Positions 47,977-58,551 of a DNA stretch of 64,000 bases are shown here, piece after piece (the stretch's first letter is position 1; each line of letters begins with the position of its first letter). This DNA is from Candidatus Dojkabacteria bacterium (GTDB taxonomy: Bacteria > Patescibacteriota > Dojkabacteria > J137): contig JBGSZB010000016.1 in NCBI GenBank assembly GCA_041750555.1, positions 19,725 to 83,724 on the forward strand. Reading direction: 5' to 3'. The notes beneath the pieces are model-generated. The model had not been told where the DNA came from, did not search any database, and saw only the letters and a list, made by a program, of their open reading frames with translations. A program made the translations under genes and the position numbers.

Positions 47977-49482
47977 TTAATCTAATTCCTTAGCTAAGTT
48001 ATTAGCCATAGCAGTTAACCTATAGCTACTAAAGAATACAAACAATGTTTTTTTATTCTCCCCTAAATTAACTGTATACTTATCCTTTAAAAGACTAGGT
48101 AACGTTTCTGTTTTAGAAAACATTGCATTAAACCCTAAGTTATTTAATTGTGTAACCATATTTTCTCCATCAATTAATTCACTATTACTAGTTGATAACT
48201 CAGGGATAATTACTAAGTTACTGTAATTAAATGATTCTTTATACATTTTATTAAACAATTCTAAATTAGATGGTCTACTACCACTATTAGGTTCATAAAT
48301 ACCAATAATTTCAAAATCATTAAAATTATCTTTTAATGTTTTTAAACTATTAAAAGCTCTTTCAGGAGTTACTCCAAAGTCATCAATTATTACTAAATTA
48401 CTACTTACCTTTAATTTCTGTAATCTCTTTTTAGGACCTTTAAATGTATTAATACTTGTTTTTAAGAATTCTGAATTATTAATTAATTTTCTATCTAAAC
48501 TAGATTTAAGAGCTGGTACTTCATTAATTAAAATATATGAAGCTAATATATTTTCTAAATTGTAATCTCCCAAAAGTATTGTTTCTGATTCAAATACTAG
48601 TTCTTTAAGAGGATTATATATTTGAAATTTTGTATCTCCATTCTCGTTTTTACTATCTTTAACAATTGTATATATCCCATCAACTAAGTTATTAACATTT
48701 TCTACAAATTTGTATCTTATTACCCTTACTTTATTTATATTACTTTCTAATACCTTTTCAATATTTAAGTCACCATCATGAGCTATTATTAATCCATTGC
48801 TCGGGATAATCTTTACACATTTAGCAAATTCTTCAATGTATCGTTCTTCTGTGGGAAATATATCTTGATGTTCCCAACTAACTTTAGTGATTAATAAATA
48901 TTTAGGTTTGTATTGAAGAAATTTAGCACCTTTAGATAATACTGGGTTATGGTATTCATCACCCTCAAGTACTGACCAATTAGAATCTGTATTTCCTATT
49001 GATTCTTCAAAATCAATAACATCTGCTCCAATCATATAGCTTGGATTTAAATCTAAATCTTTAAGTATTTTTGTAATTAAAGTAGTAGTTGTTGTTTTAC
49101 CTGCTGTTCCAATTACAACAATTGATTCATCTTTAACTAAATAATCGTGTAATATTTCACTAAAAGGCCTAACATCAAGTCCAAGTTTTTTAGCATATAA
49201 ATATTCTTTGTTCTTATCAGTTACTGATTCTACAAGTAGTAACAGGTCTGGGTGATTAGGTATATCAAGAGATTTATTTAACTTCTTTTCCCAAAATTCT
49301 TTATCTAAATGGTAGTAGATATAATCTAAATCAAAAGGGATGTCATTATTTTTAATAATATCACTAGCAGGAGCTATAAATTGTGAATCACTACCTGTAA
49401 CAAACCAACCCATATCTTTAAACATTTTACATACATTTGCAGTTGTTTTACCACTAGCTCCAATTGCATGAAACCATTTCAT
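47977..49482 (-). CDS. Mur ligase family (MurC/Mpl-like UDP-N-acetylmuramate ligase)
   Basis: HAIGASGKTT N-terminal nucleotide motif; central GTAGKTTTTTLI P-loop; 501 aa. Confidence 0.75.
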   Translation of the reverse strand: MKWFHAIGASGKTTANVCKMFKDMGWFVTGSDSQFIAPASDIIKNNDIPFDLDYIYYHLDKEFWEKKLNKSLDIPNHPDLLLLVESVTDKNKEYLYAKKLGLDVRPFSEILHDYLVKDESIVVIGTAGKTTTTTLITKILKDLDLNPSYMIGADVIDFEESIGNTDSNWSVLEGDEYHNPVLSKGAKFLQYKPKYLLITKVSWEHQDIFPTEERYIEEFAKCVKIIPSNGLIIAHDGDLNIEKVLESNINKVRVIRYKFVENVNNLVDGIYTIVKDSKNENGDTKFQIYNPLKELVFESETILLGDYNLENILASYILINEVPALKSSLDRKLINNSEFLKTSINTFKGPKKRLQKLKVSSNLVIIDDFGVTPERAFNSLKTLKDNFNDFEIIGIYEPNSGSRPSNLELFNKMYKESFNYSNLVIIPELSTSNSELIDGENMVTQLNNLGFNAMFSKTETLPSLLKDKYTVNLGENKKTLFVFFSSYRLTAMANNLAKELD

Positions 49483-49650
49483 ATAACTTAATAATAACTT
49501 GTATAAATATTATCACTTATTTATGTTTTAGAATATAACTATAGAAAAATGGAGATTATTATTTAAAATCTATAACCACTTTTATATCAAATATATATTA
49601 AATCTAAAAAATTATAATACCATAAACACTATTCATAAATTACGTTGACT

Positions 49651-49666
49651 ATACTATATCTAGTGT
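49651..49666 (+). promoter_or_regulatory. candidate NrdR box 1
   Basis: ATACTATATCTAGTGT matches the NrdR-box consensus acaCwAtATaTwGtgt at 14 of 16 positions. Confidence 0.45.
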
Positions 49667-49682
49667 GTATTCTATAAGTTAC

Positions 49683-49698
49683 ATACAATTAGTAGTGT
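49683..49698 (+). promoter_or_regulatory. candidate NrdR box 2 (weaker)
   Basis: ATACAATTAGTAGTGT matches at 12 of 16; starts 32 bp after box 1, the canonical tandem spacing; ends 4 bp before the nrdR ATG. Confidence 0.3.
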
Positions 49699-49702
49699 TT
49701 TT

Positions 49703-50179
49703 ATGATTTGTCCATACTGTAAAAATAATGATACAAGAGTAATAGATAAAAGAGAAAGTGGAGAATCATCTAGACGTAGAAGAGAGTGTGATAACTGTAA
49801 AAAAAGATTTACAACATATGAAAGAGTAGAGCATGTACTACTAAATGTAATAAAAAGAGATGGGAGAGTAGAAGAGTTTGATAGAGATAAATTAAAAAGA
49901 GGAGTAATGAAAGCAGTTAACAAAAGAGGTATACCGTCTAATATAATAGATGAGATGATATCCGATATTGAGTACTCATTACTAACCTCAGAGAAATCAG
50001 AAGTAAAATCAGTAGATATAGGAGAGATGGTGTTAAAGAGATTAACTAAAATAGATAAACTAGCAAGTTTGTTATTTGCTGCTGTATACAAAGAATTTAA
50101 TTCTTTAGAAGAGGTAGAAAAAGAACTTGAAAGATTATCTAATATTAAAATTAGAGTAAACAAAAATATTAATTCTTAA
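49703..50179 (+). CDS. nrdR: transcriptional repressor NrdR
   Basis: MICPYCKNNDTRVIDKRE...CDNCKKRFTTYERVE zinc ribbon plus ATP-cone. Confidence 0.9.
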   Translation: MICPYCKNNDTRVIDKRESGESSRRRRECDNCKKRFTTYERVEHVLLNVIKRDGRVEEFDRDKLKRGVMKAVNKRGIPSNIIDEMISDIEYSLLTSEKSEVKSVDIGEMVLKRLTKIDKLASLLFAAVYKEFNSLEEVEKELERLSNIKIRVNKNINS

Positions 50180-50189
50180 TAAAAATATT

Positions 50190-53100
50190 ATGGCAATAGA
50201 AGCTGTTATTACTAACAAAGATTACTCAACTAGACTTAAAAAAAATATTGGAACTAAAGGACTTAAGATTGAAAGAGTATTTACAAAGAAAGGTAGTGAT
50301 AGGTATGAAGGCATTGAATTTGATTTAAGAGATTCAAGGATATCTAACCCTGATGGATCAACAGTCTTTGAAATGAAGGATGTTGAAGTACCACTTGAAT
50401 GGAGTCAAATTGCAACAGATATATTAGTTCAAAAATATTTTAGAAAGAAAGGTGTTCCTCAAAAGGATAGAAATGGAAATGTATTAAAAGATAAATCAGG
50501 GGAGGCAATATTAGGTAGTGAAAAAAGCGCTAAAGAAACAATTAATAGATTAGCTCTAGCTTGGAGATGGTGGGGTGAACAATATGGATACTTTAATTCA
50601 AAAGATGATGCAGATAGCTTTGAGGATGAATTAGCATATATATTAATGAAACAGATTGCAGCTCCAAATAGTCCTCAATGGTTTAATACAGGATTAAACT
50701 TAGCTTATGGAATAAATGGTAAAGCTCAAGGACACTGGTATGTTGATCCAGAAACAAAAAAATCTAAATTATCTGAAGATGCATATACAAGAGGACAACC
50801 TCATGCATGTTTTATACTTTCTATTGAAGATGATTTAGTAAATGAAGGCGGAATTTTTGATGTATTAAAAACTGAAGCTAGAATATTTAAATATGGATCA
50901 GGAACTGGAACTAACTTTTCTTCTATTAGAGCTAGTAATGAGACATTATCAGGAGGAGGAATCTCTAGTGGATTAATGAGTTTTTTAAAAATATTTGATG
51001 CAGGAGCAGGAGCTATTAAATCTGGAGGGACTACACGAAGAGCTGCTAAAATGGTTACTCTAGATATGGATCACCCAGAAATTGAACAATTTATTGTTTG
51101 GAAAGCAAGAGAGGAACAAAAGGTAGCAGCATTAGTTACAGGTTCCTACATTAACTACGATCATTTAAAACGAATAATGTTATCTGCAGAAACTAATGGT
51201 ATTGATCCAGTTAAAAATCCAGGATTAAAAAAATTAATAAATCAAGCTAAGTTAGATTATGTACCAGAAAACTACATTAAAAGAATATTAATGTTGGTTG
51301 AAAATGGAATTAAAAGTGAAGATTTTACTTTTGAAAGATATGATACAGATTTTAGATCTGAAGCATATTATACAGTTTCAGGACAAAATTCTAACAACTC
51401 AATTAGAGTTACTAATGAATTTTTTGAAGCCCTAAAAAATGATAGTGATTGGAATTTAATAAATAGAACTAACAGGGAAGTTTCTAAAACATTAAAAGCT
51501 AGATATTTATGGAATAAAGTTATTGAATCAGCATGGCAAAGTGCTGATCCTGGAGTTCAATATGATACAACTATTAATGAATGGCATACATGTCCAAGCG
51601 ACGGCAGAATTAATGCATCTAATCCATGTTCAGAATATATGTTTTTAGATAATACTGCATGTAACTTAGCTTCAATTAATTTAGTAAAATTTTATAATCC
51701 AGAAACTGGAGTATTTGATGTAGAAAGTTATAAACATGTTATTAGATTATTTACTATTGTATTAGAGATCTCTGTATTATCAGCTCATCTACCAACTAAA
51801 TCTGTTGCTGAAAGAACTTACCTTTATAGAACATTAGGATTAGGATATGCAAATATTGGAGCACTTTTAATGCAACAAGGTGTAGCTTATGAGAGTGAAA
51901 AAGGTTATGCAATAACTGGAGCCTTAACTTCAATTATGTGTGGAGAATCATATGCAACTTCTGCAGAAATGGCAAAAGTATTAGGTACTTTTGATAAATA
52001 CGAAGATAACAAAGATTCTATGCTTAGAGTTATTAGAAACCATAGAAGAGCATCATATAACACTCCTGATAGTGATTACGAAGATTTAACAATTAAACCT
52101 CAAGGTATTAATTCTAGTTTAATTGATGCAAGTTTGGGATATAACGCTATGGCTTCTTGGGATTACGCTTTAAAAATGGGAGAAGAGTTTGGATATAGAA
52201 ATGCACAAGTAACTGTTATTGCTCCAACTGGGACAATAGGCTTAGTTATGGATTGCGATACTACAGGTATTGAACCTGATTTTGCTGTTGTTAAATTTAA
52301 AAAATTAGTTGGGGGTGGATACTTTAAGATTGTTAATCAATCAATAAGACCAGCTCTTAAAAACTTAGGGTATTCTGAAACCGAAATAAATGATATTGAA
52401 AAATATATTATTGGAACTCCAAGTATTAAAGATTCTCCATATATTAATTTTGAAAGTTTAAAAGCTAAAGGCTTTACCGAAAAAGAACTAACAATTATTG
52501 AAAACAACTTAGAGAATGCATATAACTTAAGTAGTGTATTTTCTAAATGGAACCTAGGTGAAGACTTTCTTAAAAATACTTTAAAGTTAAGTAATGAGGA
52601 TATTAATTCTTCTAACTTATTAAAAAGTTTAGGGTTTAGTAATGAACAAATTGAATTAGCTGAAGAGTATGTTTGTGGAGCAATGACAATTGAAGGAGCT
52701 CCTCATTTAAAGCTTGAACATTATTCTGTTTTTGATTGTGCTAATAAATGTGGTAAAAAAGGAAAAAGATATATCTCTACAATGGGTCATTTAAGACAGA
52801 TGGCTGCAGCTCAACCTTTTATTAGTGGAGCTATTAGTAAAACTGTAAATTTACCTGAAGAAGCGACCTTAGAAGATATAGATGAAGCATATGTTAAAGG
52901 ATGGGAGTTAATGTTAAAAGCAAATGCACTTTACAGAGATTCTTCAAAATTAAGTCAACCACTAAATACTTCTAGTGATTCTAAATATGCTGAGTTATTT
53001 AATTTCAAAGAGGAGGACATTAAAGAAGAGGTAAGTTTAATTCAAATGCAAAAGGCTATTAAAGAAGAAGTTAGTGCACCAAGAAGAAGAAGATTACCTG

Positions 53101-53816
53101 AAGAGAGACATAGTCTTACACATAAGTTTAGTGTTGCAGGTCATGAAGGATATATTACTGTAGGACTATTTGAAGAAGGTACTCCCGGAGAAGTCTTTAT
53201 TACAATGAGTACTGCAGGAAGTTTCTTATCTGGAATTATGGATGCATTAGCTGTAAGTTTATCTCTTAATTTACAATATGGAGTGCCCCTAGAAGCTATT
53301 GTTAGAAAGTTAACTAGTACTAAATTTGAACCATCTGGCATGACTTCAAACAAAGAAATACCATTAGTTAAATCTATTACTGACTACATTGGTAGATGGT
53401 TAGGATTAAAGTTCTTACCTGCAGAAAAAGCTAAACTTTATCATAATGAAGAGTTAGTTGAAAGATCATATAGGGAGGGTAGTAATTTTAGAATTTTAAT
53501 TCCATATGTAAATGGAAGTGGTCATACCGAGGTTAAATCTAGACAAATCTTACACATTAATGAAGAGGAGAGTATAAAGGTTGTAGAAGTTCAAGCGATA
53601 ACTCAAGCTGAACCTTCTCAAATGACTTTAGATCATACTAAACCATTAGAAGATTTAAATGACTCTAAGATTGATTCAATAGGAGATAAGATTAGAATTG
53701 CTAAAGAAAAAGGTTTTACAGGAGAGATGTGTAGTAACTGTGGTAGTATGAATGTGAAACAAAACGGTAGTTGTACTGTATGTGCTGATTGTGGTACTAC
53801 TACTGGTTGTAGTTAA
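50190..53816 (+). CDS. nrdJ: adenosylcobalamin-dependent (class II) ribonucleotide reductase, long form
   Basis: Class II RNR motifs (NPCSEYMFLD-NTACNLASINL, ISKTVNLP); C-terminal Cys-rich zinc ribbon CSNCGS...CTVCADCG; 1208 aa. Confidence 0.9.
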   Translation: MAIEAVITNKDYSTRLKKNIGTKGLKIERVFTKKGSDRYEGIEFDLRDSRISNPDGSTVFEMKDVEVPLEWSQIATDILVQKYFRKKGVPQKDRNGNVLKDKSGEAILGSEKSAKETINRLALAWRWWGEQYGYFNSKDDADSFEDELAYILMKQIAAPNSPQWFNTGLNLAYGINGKAQGHWYVDPETKKSKLSEDAYTRGQPHACFILSIEDDLVNEGGIFDVLKTEARIFKYGSGTGTNFSSIRASNETLSGGGISSGLMSFLKIFDAGAGAIKSGGTTRRAAKMVTLDMDHPEIEQFIVWKAREEQKVAALVTGSYINYDHLKRIMLSAETNGIDPVKNPGLKKLINQAKLDYVPENYIKRILMLVENGIKSEDFTFERYDTDFRSEAYYTVSGQNSNNSIRVTNEFFEALKNDSDWNLINRTNREVSKTLKARYLWNKVIESAWQSADPGVQYDTTINEWHTCPSDGRINASNPCSEYMFLDNTACNLASINLVKFYNPETGVFDVESYKHVIRLFTIVLEISVLSAHLPTKSVAERTYLYRTLGLGYANIGALLMQQGVAYESEKGYAITGALTSIMCGESYATSAEMAKVLGTFDKYEDNKDSMLRVIRNHRRASYNTPDSDYEDLTIKPQGINSSLIDASLGYNAMASWDYALKMGEEFGYRNAQVTVIAPTGTIGLVMDCDTTGIEPDFAVVKFKKLVGGGYFKIVNQSIRPALKNLGYSETEINDIEKYIIGTPSIKDSPYINFESLKAKGFTEKELTIIENNLENAYNLSSVFSKWNLGEDFLKNTLKLSNEDINSSNLLKSLGFSNEQIELAEEYVCGAMTIEGAPHLKLEHYSVFDCANKCGKKGKRYISTMGHLRQMAAAQPFISGAISKTVNLPEEATLEDIDEAYVKGWELMLKANALYRDSSKLSQPLNTSSDSKYAELFNFKEEDIKEEVSLIQMQKAIKEEVSAPRRRRLPEERHSLTHKFSVAGHEGYITVGLFEEGTPGEVFITMSTAGSFLSGIMDALAVSLSLNLQYGVPLEAIVRKLTSTKFEPSGMTSNKEIPLVKSITDYIGRWLGLKFLPAEKAKLYHNEELVERSYREGSNFRILIPYVNGSGHTEVKSRQILHINEEESIKVVEVQAITQAEPSQMTLDHTKPLEDLNDSKIDSIGDKIRIAKEKGFTGEMCSNCGSMNVKQNGSCTVCADCGTTTGCS

Positions 53817-53837
53817 TTATTTTGTAATATTAAATTT

Positions 53838-54107
53838 ATGCAGACATCAATGTTAGGATCTAATGATCCCTTAATAGAATCAGTTGACACTTCTGTGTTC
53901 AATAATGCAATAAAAGAAAGTGTTATAAAATCGATTAAAGCTTTAATTCAGGCAGGCAATCTAACCTTAGAGGATGTAATTACTGGGCAACAATTAGATA
54001 GTATAGTAGCAGACTTAGTAAAAACATTTAAAACCATTCCTGAAGATAACTTAAGAGGAATTGCAAGATATGTTATAGCTAATGAATACAGTAGATTAGA
54101 AGTTTAA
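53838..54107 (+). CDS. small hypothetical protein
   Basis: 89 aa ORF, 21 nt after nrdJ. Confidence 0.35.
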   Translation: MQTSMLGSNDPLIESVDTSVFNNAIKESVIKSIKALIQAGNLTLEDVITGQQLDSIVADLVKTFKTIPEDNLRGIARYVIANEYSRLEV

Positions 54108-54123
54108 TTATTAATTTTAATAT

Positions 54124-54714
54124 ATGTTCGATAAAGATAATGAAGGTTACAGAAAAACAAAATCTAGTCAGATCGGGTATCTAGAAGATGGAACTGTGGT
54201 TGACGATACTTTAGAAGCACTTGAGAGAATGAATAATATAAACTCCAGATTAGACTTACTAATAGACAGTATTAAAGAGAAAGATCCTGAGATGTTCTCT
54301 GAGATGAAAATTAGCCAAGAATATATGGCTATGTTAATTTTGTTAGAAATTAGGATTTTAGCAGAAACGTATCCTAGAGTTAAAGCAACTCTTGATGAAA
54401 TCCAAGGAACAGGTAGTGCCCAAACTATGAATGAAACGGCAATAGAGGCAATAAAAAGAAGATTGGAATCTAGAGCAACTGTAGAGGTTAGAAAAACAAG
54501 AGAACAACTGGTTATTGATGCTATTATGGAATATACCTATATACAAGAAGCAGTAAAGAGAAAAGGCATAAAATACTTACAAGATTATGAAACATTAAAT
54601 TCGCTTTGCCGTAATATTCAAGACGATATTATTCCTGATGTTAATTTCCAGGAAATACAATTGGCGATGGATAGCATTGTATCAAAATTAGAAGGCCAAA
54701 CTATTGAAGGTTAA
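54124..54714 (+). CDS. hypothetical protein
   Basis: 196 aa ORF, predicted helical, no motif. Confidence 0.4.
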   Translation: MFDKDNEGYRKTKSSQIGYLEDGTVVDDTLEALERMNNINSRLDLLIDSIKEKDPEMFSEMKISQEYMAMLILLEIRILAETYPRVKATLDEIQGTGSAQTMNETAIEAIKRRLESRATVEVRKTREQLVIDAIMEYTYIQEAVKRKGIKYLQDYETLNSLCRNIQDDIIPDVNFQEIQLAMDSIVSKLEGQTIEG

Positions 54715-55823
54715 CCTTTAATACTTTTAGATACCTCTAATACAATAATTTGAATTAATGCAGCAATTGGTATAGCAATTAAAGCTCCAATAGGACCTGC
54801 TAATTCTAACCCTGCAATAGCTGCAAAGATACTAAGAATAGGGTGTAAGTCAATAGCTTTTTTAAATATGTATGGAACAATTAATAACCCCTCTAATTGT
54901 TGAAGTAAGCCAAAAGATACAATTACATAGATAATTAAGGGGATACCACCACCACTTAATACAGCAACTAACACACCAATAATTAAAGTAATTAATGGAC
55001 CAATATTTGGAATCGACTCTAAAAGAGCTGCTACTATTGCAATAACTAATGCATATTCAGTTAAAGGAAAATCAGGAATAAAAAGAGATGGAATAGTTAA
55101 AATTAAATATGTTAATACACCAATAAAACCCATTAAAATTAATTGACCTCTAAACCATGCACCTAAACTGTTTTCAATTCTCTCCATGACAGGATTAACT
55201 CTTAAAATATACTTTTGAGGTAATAAATTAGTTAGAGGTTCATAAACATGGTTCTTGTTACCAACCATATATGCTGAAAGAATTATTACAATAAAGAAAC
55301 TAAATATTAACCCTATGCCACTACTAATAAATGAAATACTATTTAATCCAATAAAGTTAAAAGCTTGAAAGATCAAATTTAATAAACTATTAAGATCTAA
55401 ACCCTGTAAACTAGTTAATGATAAATCAGCAACCGATTTAATATTATCTAAACTATTAATACCAATATATTCCTTTAAGAAAGGTAAATTAATTTCAATA
55501 AAGTTAATTAAATTAATAACTTTAATATCAATATCACTTAAAAAATCTCTTAATTGATTAATTCCTGTTAAAACAATAATTAAGGATAAAAGTATAAAGA
55601 GTATAAAAAATATTAAGTATGTTAGAAAAATAGAAAAATTTCTAGGTAGCTTTTTACTTACAAAAAAATTAACGAAAGGTCTAAGTCCTGCATTAACAAT
55701 GTATGCAACAAATAACAAAAGAATTACACCTCTTAAAAGATAAGCTAAATATAAGAACATAGCTACTCCAAAAACTAAAAGTATACTTTTATAAGAAATA
55801 TTTATATTAATGTTTTTCATCAC
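54711..55823 (-). CDS. AI-2E family transporter (PerM/UPF0118)
   Basis: 8 TM helices with the AI-2E family architecture; 370 aa. Confidence 0.65.
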   Translation of the reverse strand: MMKNININISYKSILLVFGVAMFLYLAYLLRGVILLLFVAYIVNAGLRPFVNFFVSKKLPRNFSIFLTYLIFFILFILLSLIIVLTGINQLRDFLSDIDIKVINLINFIEINLPFLKEYIGINSLDNIKSVADLSLTSLQGLDLNSLLNLIFQAFNFIGLNSISFISSGIGLIFSFFIVIILSAYMVGNKNHVYEPLTNLLPQKYILRVNPVMERIENSLGAWFRGQLILMGFIGVLTYLILTIPSLFIPDFPLTEYALVIAIVAALLESIPNIGPLITLIIGVLVAVLSGGGIPLIIYVIVSFGLLQQLEGLLIVPYIFKKAIDLHPILSIFAAIAGLELAGPIGALIAIPIAALIQIIVLEVSKSIKG

Positions 55824-55827
55824 TTAA

Positions 55828-56946
55828 TTATAGCGTATATATCCAAATACCAATAACCATACATGCGATAGAGAATAGTGTTAATCTCATAACTACCTTT
55901 TCTTCACTCCAACCATACTTCATTTGAAAATGATAATGAATAGGAGCCATTGCAAATATTCTTCTACCTAAAACTCTTCTACCAATACCTTGTATAACTG
56001 TTGATAGTAGAGTAACAGCAAATGGGAGTGAAATAATTAATAACATTAAAGGTTCTTGAAGTATAAATGCAACTGACGCTAATAGTGTTCCTAAACTTAA
56101 TGAACCAATATCTCCCATTTGAAATCTTGCTGGGGGAATATTAAAGTAGATATAACTTAATATACTTCCAATAATTGTAGCTATTAATATAACTGATCTA
56201 ATATCTTCTTTAAGTAGGGCAATAACTAAAAATCCAACAAAAGAGTAAAGTAATTGATTAGCAGCTAAACTATCCATTCCATCTGCTAAATTAACAGCAT
56301 TTGTCATTAAAACAGTTGTAATCCATGTAAATGGAATTAGAAATAGTCCAATATTAATAGATGTATTAAGTATTGGTATGTTTAATAACTCAGGATTAGA
56401 TAATGGAGTAAAGTAATATAGGGCAATACCTAGTCCAATTCCTACAATTGATTGTACAATAATTTTTTCATGAGCTTGAATACCTTTACCGGGATTTGAA
56501 CCTAACATGTAAAAGAATGCTTTATATAAACTCCAAGGTAGTGTTAAAACTAATAGAACTCTTTTAATCTTACTTTTATGAACCTTAATTAACTTAATAG
56601 TTCTACTAAAACTTCTAGGTTTATCTCTATCTCTTCCAAATATATTTAAAATATCATCTAAGCCCCCTAATATTGCAGAGAGTATAAATAATACTAATAA
56701 TAAATATATACCTCTATTAGGATTAAATAATAAATTTAAAACAACAACTGATATCACTACAATTAAACCACCCATTATTGGAACTCCAACTTTTAAGTTT
56801 CGTTTTTCAATTAACGATGATATATCAACTGCCATTCTTCTCGTAATATTTAATTTATATAAAATATTAATTACAGGAAAAGCTATTAAAAAAGAAAATA
56901 CTCCAGAAAGAAGTATTATTGAAAATATTTGGTGTAGATCTATCAT
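55828..56946 (-). CDS. mraY: phospho-N-acetylmuramoyl-pentapeptide transferase
   Basis: MraY/glycosyltransferase-4 topology; NAVNLADGMDSLA and DxxD motifs; contains a basic insertion (RDRDKPRSFSRTIKLIKVHKSK). Confidence 0.8.
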   Translation of the reverse strand: MIDLHQIFSIILLSGVFSFLIAFPVINILYKLNITRRMAVDISSLIEKRNLKVGVPIMGGLIVVISVVVLNLLFNPNRGIYLLLVLFILSAILGGLDDILNIFGRDRDKPRSFSRTIKLIKVHKSKIKRVLLVLTLPWSLYKAFFYMLGSNPGKGIQAHEKIIVQSIVGIGLGIALYYFTPLSNPELLNIPILNTSINIGLFLIPFTWITTVLMTNAVNLADGMDSLAANQLLYSFVGFLVIALLKEDIRSVILIATIIGSILSYIYFNIPPARFQMGDIGSLSLGTLLASVAFILQEPLMLLIISLPFAVTLLSTVIQGIGRRVLGRRIFAMAPIHYHFQMKYGWSEEKVVMRLTLFSIACMVIGIWIYTL

Positions 56947-57030
56947 ATTATTATTTAAATTACCTTATTCTACCAATGAATATATTTAGGTGCAATTTAA
57001 AATTAATGTGCAATTAAGATATAATCAATT

Positions 57031-58551
57031 ATGAATTCAATACTCTCTAGTAAAAATACAACTTTCCAAGAAAAAATCATTAATGCATCTAAACTACCTG
57101 GTTGTTATCTATACAAAGATAATAGGGGTAAAGTATTGTATGTTGGTAAAGCTAAAGTGTTAGTTAATAGAGTTAAAAGCTACTTCATTAACTATAAAAA
57201 GCTAGATATCAAAATACAACAAATGTTAGATCAGGCTTTTGATATAGAATTAATAACTGTAGATTCAGAGATTGAGGCTTTAATTCTAGAAACTAACTTA
57301 ATAAAGAAATATAAACCTAAATATAACTCATTAATGATAGATGATAAAAACTATACATGGGTTAAATTTGAGAAATATATTAAAGGTGTTAAAGATTTTC
57401 CAAGAATAAAACTTGTTAGAGAAAAGTTAGATGATGGAAGTGAATACTTTGGACCATTCCCAGATAGAGTTCCATTAAGAAATGTTTTAAAAAGACTTAG
57501 GAAGGTATTTCCATATGTAACTTGTAATAGGAAATTAATACAAAAAACAGATAATCCCTTACTTATAGAAACTAATAATAGTACTCCATGTTTGTACTAC
57601 CATATAGGATTATGTAATGCTCCATGTGCCAGTTTAGAATCTAGAGATGATTATTTAAAAAGATTTAATGAAATTAAGAGATTTTTTAGAGGAGAAAAGC
57701 TAAGTATTATTAATTCCCTAGAACGGGAGATGGGTAGCTTTTCAAAAATTAAAAACTATGAAGAAGCTGCAATAATTAGAGATAAGATAAATGATATTAA
57801 ATATGTAACTAAAAATATTAGAATTGATAGTGATGTAGATGATATTGTTGTATCTAATTTAAAACTAGAGGAGAGGAGAGAAGGTTTAAATCAATTAATT
57901 GAAGAATTAAAGTTCCCAAGTGATAAATTAAGTTACCATAAAGATTTTAAAATAGAGTGTTATGACATTAGTAATATTCAAGGTAGTAATCCAGTTGGAG
58001 CTATGACTGTAATGATTAATGGTAGTTTATCTCCAAGTCTTTACAGAAAATTTAAGATTAGGGGGAAGAATACTCCTAATGATTTTTTTATGCTTCAAGA
58101 GATGCTTACAAGAAGATTTAGCCATGTAAATATTAATACCATACAAAATTCAGATATAGTTTTAAATGATAATTTGGAAAATATTGAAGATTATAAAGAG
58201 AGTAAAGATATTGATCCATCATTTAGTGTACTACCTGATTTAATAATAATAGATGGAGGTAAAGGGCAATTAAGTTCAAGTTATAAAATTTTATACAATT
58301 TAGGATTACATAATATTATTCCAATAATTGGTTTAGCTAAAAGAGATGAAGAAGTTTTTAAATTAACTCATCAATTTAGAGAAGATTTTAGTGAATACAA
58401 TTTAGAATTTGAAAAAGTATTTACAAGAATATATCTACCTAGAAGATCAGAAAGTCTTTACTTAGTTCAAAGAATTAGAGATGAAGCTCATAGATTCGGA
58501 ATAACATTTCATAGAAAATTAAGATCTCAGAGTTTAATTAAGAAAGATTAA
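57031..58551 (+). CDS. uvrC: excinuclease ABC subunit C (short form)
   Basis: N-terminal GIY-YIG (PGCYLYKDNRGKVLYVGKAK...R...E); UvrC C-terminal RNase-H-like region; 506 aa. Confidence 0.85.
   Translation: MNSILSSKNTTFQEKIINASKLPGCYLYKDNRGKVLYVGKAKVLVNRVKSYFINYKKLDIKIQQMLDQAFDIELITVDSEIEALILETNLIKKYKPKYNSLMIDDKNYTWVKFEKYIKGVKDFPRIKLVREKLDDGSEYFGPFPDRVPLRNVLKRLRKVFPYVTCNRKLIQKTDNPLLIETNNSTPCLYYHIGLCNAPCASLESRDDYLKRFNEIKRFFRGEKLSIINSLEREMGSFSKIKNYEEAAIIRDKINDIKYVTKNIRIDSDVDDIVVSNLKLEERREGLNQLIEELKFPSDKLSYHKDFKIECYDISNIQGSNPVGAMTVMINGSLSPSLYRKFKIRGKNTPNDFFMLQEMLTRRFSHVNINTIQNSDIVLNDNLENIEDYKESKDIDPSFSVLPDLIIIDGGKGQLSSSYKILYNLGLHNIIPIIGLAKRDEEVFKLTHQFREDFSEYNLEFEKVFTRIYLPRRSESLYLVQRIRDEAHRFGITFHRKLRSQSLIKKD

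Noticed and set aside
50190-53816. Intein inside the 1208-aa class II RNR
   Set aside because: No Cys/Ser-initiated block A, no internal HNH/LAGLIDADG-like endonuclease block and no terminal HN-C/S/T splice junction were recognisable. The extra length is more consistent with extended N- and C-terminal domains.
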